Origin: Vicugna vicugna
Lineage: Eukaryota
Assembly (NCBI GenBank): GCA_013265495.1
Contig: MU058221.1
Coordinates: 1,674,001 to 1,738,000, forward strand
Length of the DNA stretch: 64,000 bases
Direction: 5' to 3'
Positions 39,651 to 51,239 of this stretch are shown here, one piece after another. Under the pieces are notes generated by a model. That model worked only from the letters and a program-made list of their open reading frames with translations, searched no databases and was not told the origin of the DNA. The position numbers were made by a program, and so were the translations under genes. How positions within the stretch are numbered: position 1 is the stretch's first letter; the number at the start of each line of letters is the position of its first letter.

Positions 39651-40929
39651 TTCAGCCCCACCCGCGGGGCGGGTGCGCTCCGCCCGGGGTCCCCGCGAGG
39701 AAGCCGCGCCATTGACACGGCTGTGCAGGAGCCCCTGTGCAGGAGACACACACAGCCTTCGGCTAGGCAATCATATTCCCAGCTCTTCCTCCAGCTCCTC
39801 TGCTCTCTTTTGCAAAACAGCAACGACACCCGCCTACGTCTAACACAGAGTCAGAATAATCACTCTCATTTAAAAGTTAGACGTTTCACTAGCTTGGCAT
39901 TACCCTTGGAGATTTAGCAGCCCAGACGAAGTCGACTTTGCATCTCATCATTGTCAAATCTGGCTTCTGAGCACCCCAGCGTGTGACACCGGGAACCGGC
40001 TGCAGCGCAAAGGTGTCACTAGCGCAGCCCCGAGGCAAGGGAAGTGAGCACAGTGGCCTCAGATACGCCTGGTGCCTCAGCCAGCCGGTGAAAATCAACC
40101 CCCTCCTTCATCGCAATTTTGCATCGCAGGCTCTTCCGCTGACACGGACGATGATCATTTGGTTCATTGATCCTGGGAATAATCACTGAAGTTAATCTTG
40201 GCATGTATTGATTCCATTTCTGCTGGCTGTAACTAAAGTGTCCAAATTACTTATTCCAGCCCTGACATCAGTGGCTTCCCAAAACAGAGGAAGGCAGAGA
40301 TGAGCTATCACACCTGACAGCTCCGCAGAGCACCGAGTGACGGCGCCGACTACCTGTCTCCTGGCAGGAGAAGCCCCTGACGCTGAAGGATCAGGCTCCT
40401 GGCCTCAGCATTATGCACTGGCATTTGATAAAGTTGATCCATCAGTGTCTAGAAGAATTGCAGGCAGTTTCATCTCAAAGAATCTGAACTCAAGTTTGGC
40501 CACAAAGGCACACAAACCATGTAGGCAACCTCGTAAAACTGGTCCATTTCACCAGCCTGACTTCTATCACGAAACACCTTGAAATCCTCCAGGGTTTCAT
40601 AGTGCTGGCCATTGGTCAACAGAAGCTTCATTGCGAAAGTTCCATTTGCAAAACGACAGCACAGGGGACTCACCCCTTCCTTAGCCTGTCCTGTGAACTT
40701 CTGGGCTGACAGACGCAATGGGCGGTCAGTTGTACGCCTTCTAACAGGGCTGCAGACGCCCCCCCGCCCCCGGCGTGAGGGCTGATTAGGGGCTCCAAGT
40801 AACCCTCTGGCTGCAGAGCAACTGACGCCTGGAAAGGATGCAGTAGTCGCGGCATTCCTGGTTCCATAAAAGGTAGGGAAAGTCTCAAAACATAGAGTAA
40901 CTCAGAGCCAGAGGGATCACGATGATGGG

Positions 40930-41120
40930 GGTCACAGTGGCTAACTCTTTGCTGTGAAGTCTGTCCTTTGCATTGTAAGATTTTATAACAGCATCTCTGT
41001 CTTCTGCACATAAATGCAAGCAGCATATCCCCCACCCCATTTCAGCCCAGAAAATATTTCCAGGTATATTAACAAAATATCCTCTGGGGGTGCGGGGCAA
41101 AACCTCCAGCTGAGAATCAC
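40930..41120. mobile_element. MER20 DNA transposon
   Basis: ctgtcctttgcattgtaagattttataacagcatctctg..gctgagaatcact. Confidence 0.7.
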
Positions 41121-41141
41121 TCATTTAACTTTATTTTTTTT

Positions 41142-41371
41142 TACATTTTTATTGAAGTGTAGTTGAGTTACAATATTAGTTCCAGGTGTATAGCAAAGTG
41201 ATTCAGTTATACAAATACATATAATTATAAATTAGGGGCTGGGAATGAACAGACACACATTGTTATATAGAAAGTAGATAAACAACAAGGACCTACTATA
41301 GAGCGCAGGGAACTAGAGTCAATTTCTTGTAATAGCCTATTATGGAAAAGAATCTGAAAAGAAAATATATA
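41142..41371 (-). mobile_element. Very short 5'-inverted L1 3'UTR insertion
   Basis: Minus-strand tail tttattgaagtgtagttg..gattcagttatac, then plus-strand tagataaacaacaaggacctac..gaaaagaatctgaaaa; degenerate TSD ta(a/g)ctttat..ttttt at 41126-41141 and 41372-41387. Confidence 0.8.
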
Positions 41372-43559
41372 TAGCTTTATACTTTTTAAAACCTACATGG
41401 TAAAATTTCAATGATAGATACTAAAATACACACGTAAATTCCAAATAAATTGAGAGAAAGCAATCAAGTAAGAAACATTTTTAAAAACTCAAAATGAAGA
41501 AAAACATATAAAAGTTGGGCAAATCCACATCATAAAAAAATGACGACAGAAAACAAGTCCAAGTATGTCCCTCATAACACAGGGTTCCACGTCCACAAAA
41601 GTGGTGTGACAGGTCCGTTTCTGCAGTGAAACAGCCAAGAAACAGTGAAGCTTATTTTTTTTAAAAAAAGAAAACGTTTGAAGTCTGTGAAAAGTATTTT
41701 TAAGAGCACACAACCAATAAGAAATATTTATTTGATAAAATCTACTAAATCCCAGAGAAAATGGAGAGTCTGCGGCACTGGAGCCATGATACGTCCTCTC
41801 CTTCCACCTGCCCCGTCCCCAACTCCGCACGATGGAGCCGGGGAATTGGAGAGCGTGTTAGATAACACTTGGGGATGCGACCAGCCAAATCCAAAATGTC
41901 AGAAATACATAGGACACATGGCATTATATCTCCAACATATAAATGGTGAGTAGAAAGGAGAAAGGCTGCCACCTAATTTCCTTGCCTGACCTGTGTCGTT
42001 TCAAGGAATTTGATTCCCTTCTCAGCTGCCAGGACGACTGAGTCCTCAATGCTGGCTGAGCCAATGCCCTCAGTCATGTCCTCTGGTTCCCCTGGGTGGC
42101 TCACAAGTGACGTTGTCATCCAAGGACTCTAAACAAACTGGACCACAATTAACTTGGGGACCTCTGCTGGGACATACACGTCAATGGTACACCCTCTCCA
42201 CCCAGGCATGTCAGTATGCTCGGGTAAGATCTGGAGTTGCTGCAAATTTTGAGCCATAATGGGGACAGACCTGAGGAGTAAGCTAACAAGCGTAGACATG
42301 ACCGAGCTGAGAGTATCACGGGAGAAAGGAGCTGGAACCTTGAATGAAACGTGCTGGAGCTCTACAGCGTAACTCTTTCCAGTTCTGCTGGCTAATACGT
42401 TTCTTTTATTCCATCAGCTGGTTTGACGTGAGAGGTCCTGTACCTTGCAGGAATCTGGCCGCTGGGATTTGAACGTAGGTAGTTTCTAGAAGCACAGAGA
42501 CTGCACGCTAAACTTCTGGGCCATGCCACCTTTCTAAGGAATAGATCAAGAATGAAGAGTCAAGTGTACCATTTCTCAGATACTGGCTTCCCCAGCCAAT
42601 TGAGTCATTCATTCATTTTCAGGGAGGAATAAAAGAGCAGGAATTCAAAGGCAGGAAAAAAACACAGCTAAGTCATCAGACATGAGAGTCATTGTTTTAT
42701 TTGGTTTTGGTCAATTCACATGTTAGATAACTTGTAAGTCTTTGGTACCCTTTACAATAATGTTAAGTTACCGTATCCTTTTTTTTTTTTTTTTTTTTTT
42801 TATCTTTTTTTTTTTTTTCCTGATAGCTTTTCATTGCTCTTTTCAGATTAAGTCAACTGTTCAGGGCGGTAAATGTGGATTGCTTTCCTACTGTGAGGAA
42901 GTCAACAATATTCAAAGTGCTGTCAGCTCACAGGCAAACATGACTGGGCTCTTCCCGAAAGGAATGCACGATCAAAAAGAGGACACAGACCTCCTATCAA
43001 AAAAGTCCTCCCACTGCATCCTAGCTTCCATGAAAGACTTACACACAGGGGAGAGCAGGTGCGGCCGTGACAAGTGTCCCTCACTCAAGCCTCAGAGTTT
43101 ACGCCATTTTCTCCCCACAAATTGGACCGTCAACTGATCCTAACAGAAAGCACTATGATAAATTATGACACATATTAGATGTCACTTCTTCATTCAGACG
43201 AGTGGCCTGCACTGCTCATATTAGATACCACCTAATTAGGCAAAATAAACTTTTACCTTAAAAGAGAGCAGGAAAAAGAGAGAAGACAATATAAAAATTT
43301 ACCTCAATTTCCAAGTTTTCTGTTATCAGTAGCCTCTCTGACCATTTGGACCACATTTTTATGCTTTGATCTGAACCTTGTTACGTTTTCAGTTTCTGAG
43401 TCTTGGTTTTGGCCTCTAGCCCCCGAGGTCAGAAGACGTGTAGCTCTTACATTTTCATTCAGCCTGGTAATGATGCTAACCGTCATCCCATCTCCTGAAA
43501 AAGAAGGGCCCAGCTTGGATGCCTACCCCAGTTCTCCTGTTTATCTATTCTCGAAACTG

Positions 43560-44030
43560 TCAGAGCCGGAGAAAAAGGAAGGAGAGAGACAGCTCAAGGG
43601 CAAGTCTGTTTTTGGAAAACCTGCAGGGCGGGCTCTCCGTACAGACTGGAGCCCGGTTTTTGCAGTCTTGGTTATTTATTCCCGTAGGTGGCAGCCGATT
43701 GAGGGTTCTTATGCAAATGAGGAGTAGTGAGAGGCAAGTTCTGATTGGTCAGTATGCTGGAAGTGAAAGGGGCGTGTCTGAAAGAGAGAGGGGTGGGGAT
43801 GACCTTTCCCGCCAGTAGTCCTCAGTCAGGTCCGGGGAGGCGGAAGTTGTTATGCAGATGAGGCATGCTGAAGGCTGAGTGCTGATTGGCGGGTTTTGCA
43901 GAAGACGGAAGTTGCTCAGCTTGCCCTGAAATAGCTGCCGATCGGGCAAGCTGAGGTTAGTCGTGTCTATGAGAAACCTCGATTGTCACATAATCTGGTT
44001 TGCAGAGGTCAATCAACTGATTCATTGGTT
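43560..44030 (-). promoter_or_regulatory. LTR-like / promoter-like cassette (octamer, CCAAT and ETS motifs duplicated)
   Basis: ATGCAAAT at 43711, ATGCAGAT at 43852; ctgattgg at 43741 and 43882; cggaagt at 43841 and 43906. Confidence 0.45.
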
Positions 44031-45404
44031 AAGATTTCCTAATGATTCAAGGTTATGTGTACTTTATAATTTCCTATTCTAAGTGTCATCTTTCTAATAC
44101 AGTCTAAATCATTTCTCAAACGTTTGAAAGCAAGAGTAGGGTGTTCATTTTACACCACAACCCTATATAAACACACAGACGGACAAAACTAAAGCATCAT
44201 AGAACATTCATTCTTACTACTCTGATACTTGTTGTCTGAGTCAATGTTTTTAAATTCTGGTTGCAAACCACCAAACTGACTTCTCCACCCATAATGTTTT
44301 GATACAGCTCTAAAGAATCTAATGAAATCCTGTTGGTATGTCTTCCAAGAATTTAGTTTTCAATTTTGACTTCTTTATTAATCTTCTCTAATTCCTTCTA
44401 TTATCAACAAGGTGGTACAGACGGAATTCTTCAGATAACACCCCAAATATTTATCAAATAAAAGGATATCATTGTACTACTGAGTCCTCCCTACAGTGAA
44501 ATATTTGGATATACTCTATGTATACATATAAAAATTTAGTTTATTCTAATAATTTTCTACACTATTTCCACTGAATTCCAGTTACCATGTTACTCCCAGT
44601 TACCAATAATATGAATTCACTGCCCCTTGCTATTTAATTATTTTAACTTGTTTTCTAAGCTAGTCTTCTGTATGCTTTTCCTCAGTACCTGTACATCATT
44701 AGTGACATAGGCACGAAATCCAGGGGGTGATTTTTCACGTTTATGATCATTGCCCACAGTTGCAAAATGTTGCTGTCATCAATGTAATTGACAAATGTTT
44801 CAGAAATTCTCCAGTCCACAAAGTGGCAGCCCTTTCCTTTTTAATTCCATCTAGCTAGATGTATATGCAGTGCATAAATCTGACAAAGTACACAAAATGA
44901 AATATTCATTAGAAACCAGAGTCGTGTGCCAAACTTCAGTTTTTCAGCCATATGGTCCAAGAACTCTAACTTCTTTAACATTCTAATTTTCATGTAAAGT
45001 CTAATATTTTATCCAAAGAAATAGACCAATCTATTTCTAAATTAAGTTTAAAAATAAACGGAAAGTTGTCAAAATCATTCTTGGTTTCTAAGCCTTTGGA
45101 GTAAGCAATCGTCAAGCAGACTTGCAGCTAATTGGCTAAGCCATGATTCAAAGGGCTCTTATAACCACTAAGAGTCTCACAGATCCCAAGGCTCTGGCCC
45201 CGATAGGAGGCCAGGGAGCAGGCAGTGTCCAAAAGCAGATTCAGGTGGGTCTCCTGCTCCATCTGACAGTCCCCCAGTCATTCCTAGAGGAATGGTTCTC
45301 AATAGCGTTTCCTCCAAACTTTACCTTTTCCTTCCAGCCCCAAGCATCTTCTTTCAATAACTCTCAGCAAATGAAGTAGCCTTAGGCTCTTAGCACCAGC
45401 GTTT

Positions 45405-45640
45405 CTAATGGCAGCTAACATGTATTGAAGGCTGACTATGGCTAGGCTCAGTTTTAATCAATTTACATGCATTAATTCACTTAACACTCCTAACAACCCT
45501 AGGAGGTAGACACGGTTAGTGTCTCCCTTTTAAAAATGAGGAAACTAAGACCCCTTAAGGTTAAACTACCCACCATTCTAGAGCCACTAATGGGAGGACA
45601 GCTAGATAAGTCAGAAAGTGCGGCTCCAAGGCAGCACTCC
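45405..45640 (-). mobile_element. MIR SINE
   Basis: gctaacatgtattga..aacaaccctaggaggtag..aaatgaggaaactaag. Confidence 0.85.
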
Positions 45641-45869
45641 AGACAACGACATTAAAATACAGTTTCCAGCCAAGAGCTTCCTCAATCTTTATCCTTTTTT
45701 CATCTACATAAATCTAAAGTGTTCCAGTTATTACATCCCACCTATACCTGGCCATGGTCATCCTTCAGCTTCTGTTCTAGAATTGGATCCCCCCAGAGTT
45801 TCTTTTCCCCTTTTTCTAAACGTTCTCAACACTTTCTTAAGAGCCTTTCAATGTGAAAGGTAGCACCGT

Positions 45870-48530
45870 CAAGGTGCCGTTATCACATTGATCAACTGGG
45901 GTGTATTGAACCATTCGAAGCAGCCCAACAATAAATCCCACTTGGTCGTGGTGTATGATCCTTTTAATGCGCTGTAGAATTTGGTTTGCTAATATTTTAT
46001 TAAATATATTGGCATCTATGTTCATCAAGGATATTGGTCTATAGTTTCTGTCCTTGTCTCTCTGGCTTTGGCATCAGTGTGACTACCTTAGAAAGAAAAA
46101 TACCACATGGAAAAAAGCATTTGACAAAGCTCAACATCTATTCATGATTAAAACTCTCAACAAAATAAGTATAGAGGGAACTTACCTCAACACAACCAAG
46201 GCCATATATAAAAAGCCTGCAGCTAACACCATAATCAATGGGGAAAAGCTGAGAGCTTTCCTTCTCATATACAGTACAAGGAAAAGATGTCCACTGTCAC
46301 CACTTCTATTCAAAATAGTACTGGAAGTCCCAGCCAGAGCAGTTAGGTAAGAAAAAGAAACAAAAGGAATCCAAATTGAAAAGAAAAAGCAAAAATCCTG
46401 TCTGTTTGCAGATGACATATCATATATTTAGAAAACTCTAAAGACTCTGAAGCAACAGCAACAAGAAAGACAACAAAACTTGTTAGAACTAATACACAAA
46501 TTCAGTACAGTTACAGGAAGCAAAATCAACATACCAAAGACGATCACATTTCTATATACAGACACCAAACTATCTGAAAAGGAAATTGAGAATACATTCC
46601 TTTCCACAATAGCAATGAAACAATAAAATATCTAGGAATGAACTTAACCAAAAAGATGAAAAACCTGTACAGTGAAATTATAAAACACTGATGAAGGAGC
46701 AAAAGGAGACACAGATAAACGGAAAAGCATCTTGTGCTCAGGGATTCAAAGACTTAATATTGCTGAAGTGCCAGTACTGCAAAGCTTTCTGCAGATTCAA
46801 TGCGATCCCTGCCAAAACCCCAATGTGTTCTTCGCAGAACTAGGAAGATAAATCCTGAAACCATATGAAATTCATAAAGACATGAAATCACCAGAGAAAT
46901 TCTGAGGAAGAATAGAGCAAGAGGCATCACATTTTCTGATTTCAAAACATACAACAAGGCAACAGCAATCAAAATAGCATGGTACTGGCATAAAATCAGC
47001 CATATACACCAAGGAAACAGACTAGGAAGCCCAGAAATAAATCCACGTATCTATGACAAAATGATCTTTGACCAGAGTGATAAGAACACACAATGGGGAA
47101 AAGGTAATCTCTTCAGTAAATCCTGTTGGGAAAACTAGATATTCACAGAGAGAAAAAAATGAAATTGGTCCCTTATATCACCCCATATACAAAACAACAA
47201 CAACCCAAAATGAATTGAATACAAACATACAACCCAAAAGTATAAAACTACTAGAAGAAAACATGGAAAATCTTCTTGACGTTGATCTAGGCAATGATTT
47301 CTGGGATATGACACCAAATACACTGGCAATGGAAGCAAAAATTGACAAGGGGAATTGCATCAAACTGAAAAGCTCCTGCACAGCAAATAAAACAATCAAC
47401 AGAGTGAAAAGGAAACCTATGGAATGGGATAAAATATTTGCAAACCATATATCTGATAAGGGGTTAAACTATATAAGAGATTCAAACAACTAATAGCAAT
47501 CAATCAGTCAATCAATCAATCAATATCCTGATTTAAAAAATAGGAAAAGCATCTGAATAGATATTTGTCAAAAGAAGACATGCAAATGGCCAAGAAAAAC
47601 AGAAAATGAAAAGATGTTCAACATCACTAACCCTCAGGGAAATGCAAATCAAACCACAGTGAGATATCGTTTCAAACAGGTCAGAATGGCTATTATCTAA
47701 AGGACAAGAGATAAAAGTGTGGACAGGGAAATGAAGAAAAGGGAACCCTTTTATACTATTGATGGGAATGTAAATTGGCACAACTATTGTGGAAAATAAT
47801 ATGGAGGTTCCTTAAAAATTAAAAATGGAGCTACCATGTAATTCATCACTCTCACTTCTAGGTATGTAACCAAAAGAAAAGAAACATGTTTTTCTAAGAA
47901 ATAGCTGCACCTGCATGTTAATTCAAGCATTATTTGCGAGAACCAAGACGTGGAAGCAACCCAAGTGCTCACGGATGGATAAGTGGATAAAGGCAATATG
48001 ATACACGCACGCACACAAATATATTATTCAGTCTTTAAAAAAAAAAAAAGGAAATCCTATCATTTGCAAAACATGGATGGACCCTGAGGATATTATGCTT
48101 AGTAAAAGAAGCCAGACACAGAAAGACAAGTATTGCATGATCTCACTTATGTGTAGGATCTAAAGAATTAAACTCGTAAAAACAGAAAGTAGAACGGTGG
48201 CTGCCAGAGGCTGGTGGAGTGGCGGTGGTGAGAGAAGGTGGAGATGTTGGCCAAAAGGTTCAAAGCTTTAGTCATGCAGGATGAAGAAGTTCTGAAGATG
48301 CAATGCACAAGATGGAGACTATCATTAGTAATACTGGACTGAATATGGAAATTTGATAACAGTGTTGATCCTAAGTGTTTCCACCACACAAAAAGTCATA
48401 ACTCTGCAAGGTGATGGACCTGATAACAATTTCATAACGCATACAAATATCAAAACATGACAGTGGACATCCTAAACACATACAGTTTTTATTTGTCCTG
48501 TACATCTCAAAAAGCTTGGAGAGAAAAAGG
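45870..48530 (+). mobile_element. Decayed LINE-1 (RT domain to 3'UTR, L1MA9-like) with inverted 5' segment
   Basis: Minus 45870-46078 encodes [26 protein letters not shown]; plus from ~46085 encodes [24 protein letters not shown] and continues to the 3'UTR. Confidence 0.9.
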
Positions 48531-48889
48531 TAAAGCTAAAAAATCTCTTACCTTCAACCCTACCTAGTCCTGAACTTAAGAGGTGCATGCACCTTCCCTT
48601 CAAAACTGAGTTTCTTGGGAAAGCAGTCTATTCCTCATTCCTCACGCTTATATTTACTTGCCTCAAATTTACGCTGGTATCTACGGAAGACAATCTTAAA
48701 AGGGCCCTAAGGATCTCTTCCTTTTGAACCCAGTGTTCTTTGCCCCGTTCTGACATTTTAATGCAGAGGGTGGAGTCAGGCACGGGTGAGCGCTCCCTCC
48801 TAAAAGTAGCTTCTTTCATGTCCATGATCCTCTCTGGTTATTCCCTTTCTATTTACCAGATTCTGTGATGAACAGATTCGTCTTGCCCC

Positions 48890-50290
48890 TCTTACTGAAC
48901 TCACTCTTTAACTATACGTGTGGCCTCAATGTCCTACCCTCAGCCTCTTATCTTTTGGGCACAGATACTAATTCGTAGTCTCAATTATCCTTTTCAGGCT
49001 GCTAACTCCAAAAGTATGCATTTCCAGCCCTGATCATCTACCTCTGAAATAAAACCATGTGGCAGTGTTGCTGGCAACTGAGTCTTCAAGCTCAAATCGA
49101 ACTTTCTTCCCTCTCCATCCCTGCCCAGTAGCTCCTTCTTCTGAATTCTCCATTTGCTAATAAAACCATCATCAGTCACCAACCATTTTAGCCAATAACC
49201 TCATACTTCTTCTACTCCCTTCTCTCTCCTTATCTAGACAGGCTTCATCTAACCTGTCTCTTGAACCAGCCTTCTTATCGCCAAGAAAACAATAAGTGAA
49301 GTAAGTGATGGTGACAGGCAGAGACAGTAAGTGTCCGACTTCTACTCCTAACACCCTTTTCGCAGCTCGACATCTTGGCACTGGGGGCTCTGTCCATGTG
49401 CCAAACACCGTGCCAACTACAATAAACACTTTATCTAGTTGAATCCTACAAACTACTATTATAAAACAGAAAACGGAGGATAAAAGAAGTTAAACAAGTT
49501 GCCCCAAATCATACAGAGCTCAGATTGCAGCCTGGGGCTTATCTGACCCCAAACCCATGCTCTTAGTCACTGAATGATACTGCGTCCCATGATGCTAAAT
49601 TTTTCAGTTACTCTGTCTAAACCATTGACACAGCATCCCCTGTGGTCACCCAACTGCCAGCCTCTGCTCCACCTCACCCCTAAATCCATCCTCTGTAGCA
49701 CCCTAAGACTTCATAAAAGGAAGAAATAATAAAGCATAGCTGCTTCTGTCCTCCTAAAAAACTATTGGCTCCCCCTGCCTTACAGAACAAAACCAAAACA
49801 GCCACTTGTATCTTTTGAATGTCACCTCCTCATCTTCTGTTCCTGCCCTCTCTCTCATTCCAAGTGGTAGCTCTAATGAAATATATCACAATATCTGCAC
49901 TCATGACATATATATATATACACATATTTGTGTGTATACACACACACATATATATATATATATTTTACACTTATATGATGTTCTTATTCCTGGGAAATGC
50001 CCAGCATGAAACCTTAACCCTCACTCCATTTGTTGTATTCATCCTTCAAAATCCAGCTAAAAGTGTCACTGGATCTCCTCTAGGGTCAAGCCCTACCTCC
50101 AAGACAAATTAAGCTGTCCCCTCTGGACACCTGGCTTTATTGGCACATCCCTGTGCTGATTCAGGTACCACACCTTAGTTACTGTAATTAGTAACCACCC
50201 ATGTCCTCCATCCATGTCCGTCACTAGTTTTGGGACCCTAGCCCCTAATTCACAGAGCCTTAACATTTTAAAAGTTAAAGAATAAATAAA
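48890..50290 (+). mobile_element. L2 fragments interrupted by a minus-strand MIR (~49390-49580) and a (TA)/(CA) tract (49908-49962)
   Basis: caagctcaaatcgaacttt; aaatccatcctc; tattcatccttcaaaatccagctaaaagtgtcac. Confidence 0.65.
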
Positions 50291-51239
50291 GGAAGTGATC
50301 CCAGTTGAAGGAATTAAGATGTCAAGGGCCAGGGTGTGAAGCTGACACTAAATGCATCCAAGAAAGATGGCCACTTGTTCTAAATCTCCAGAAACAGTGA
50401 GAGAAAGAGAAAGATGGAGACGCCTCAGGAGGCGCAGCACACCACCACCTCACCTCCTCACCTCCGCAGCGCGAATCTCTGTGCTTCCAGGTTCTGCAGG
50501 GAGGGCAGTAAAAAAGGCAACTGTCTAAAATTCAGAAGAATTAGGGATCTAATCCACAGAACATCACCGATCATTTTTGTCTTCTTAAGAAAGTTCTTTA
50601 ATCCACAATCCCCAGTTTTGTCTCTTGTGATATGGCATTTGGGAGCCTACCGCATGCTCCTGAAGGGCTCGGGGTAGAGAGCAGGGGTGGGCAGTAATGC
50701 TGTGGTCTCGAGTCATTTCCGCGTGGCCCTCAGGTAGCCGCCAGAAGGAACAGCCTAAGCGCCTCACCGCTGAGACCCAAAGTGAGCGGGGAAAGGTCAG
50801 CGCCGCAAAGGAGGAAGTCACCCCCCACACCCCACACAGGCCTTCCTTCCAGGGCTGAGCCCCCTCGTTTCAGCACTGTGTTCTCTTGCAAACCATGGCC
50901 CGAGGAGAAACTTGTCTCTAAACTCTGCTGGAGGAAAGATGCGCATGACCCCTAGCTTGGGCCCTAGACTGTTAATTCCACCAAAAGCTACTTGAATGAA
51001 AGAAAGCAAGCCACTTGGTTACGTAGTTAAAAATGGCACTTTGGACAGAAGTTAAAGCCCCCGCTGACTTGTTTTCCTGTTGCTACACCTTGGGTCTCCA
51101 TCTGGGGGTCTTGGGAGCGAGGTGGGTTTTGCAACTTCTTTCTAAGCACTTGGCTGTTTTTCAGAATGAGTAAATGTTTTATTTTCTCTCCTAGATGTCT
51201 AATTCATTTTTAGCCGATATTCCGTCCTGTGTGACAGCT

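Noticed and set aside
45837..47493. Reverse-transcriptase-like peptides as a novel RT system
   Set aside because: Ordinary fragmented LINE-1 ORF2 with stops and frameshifts
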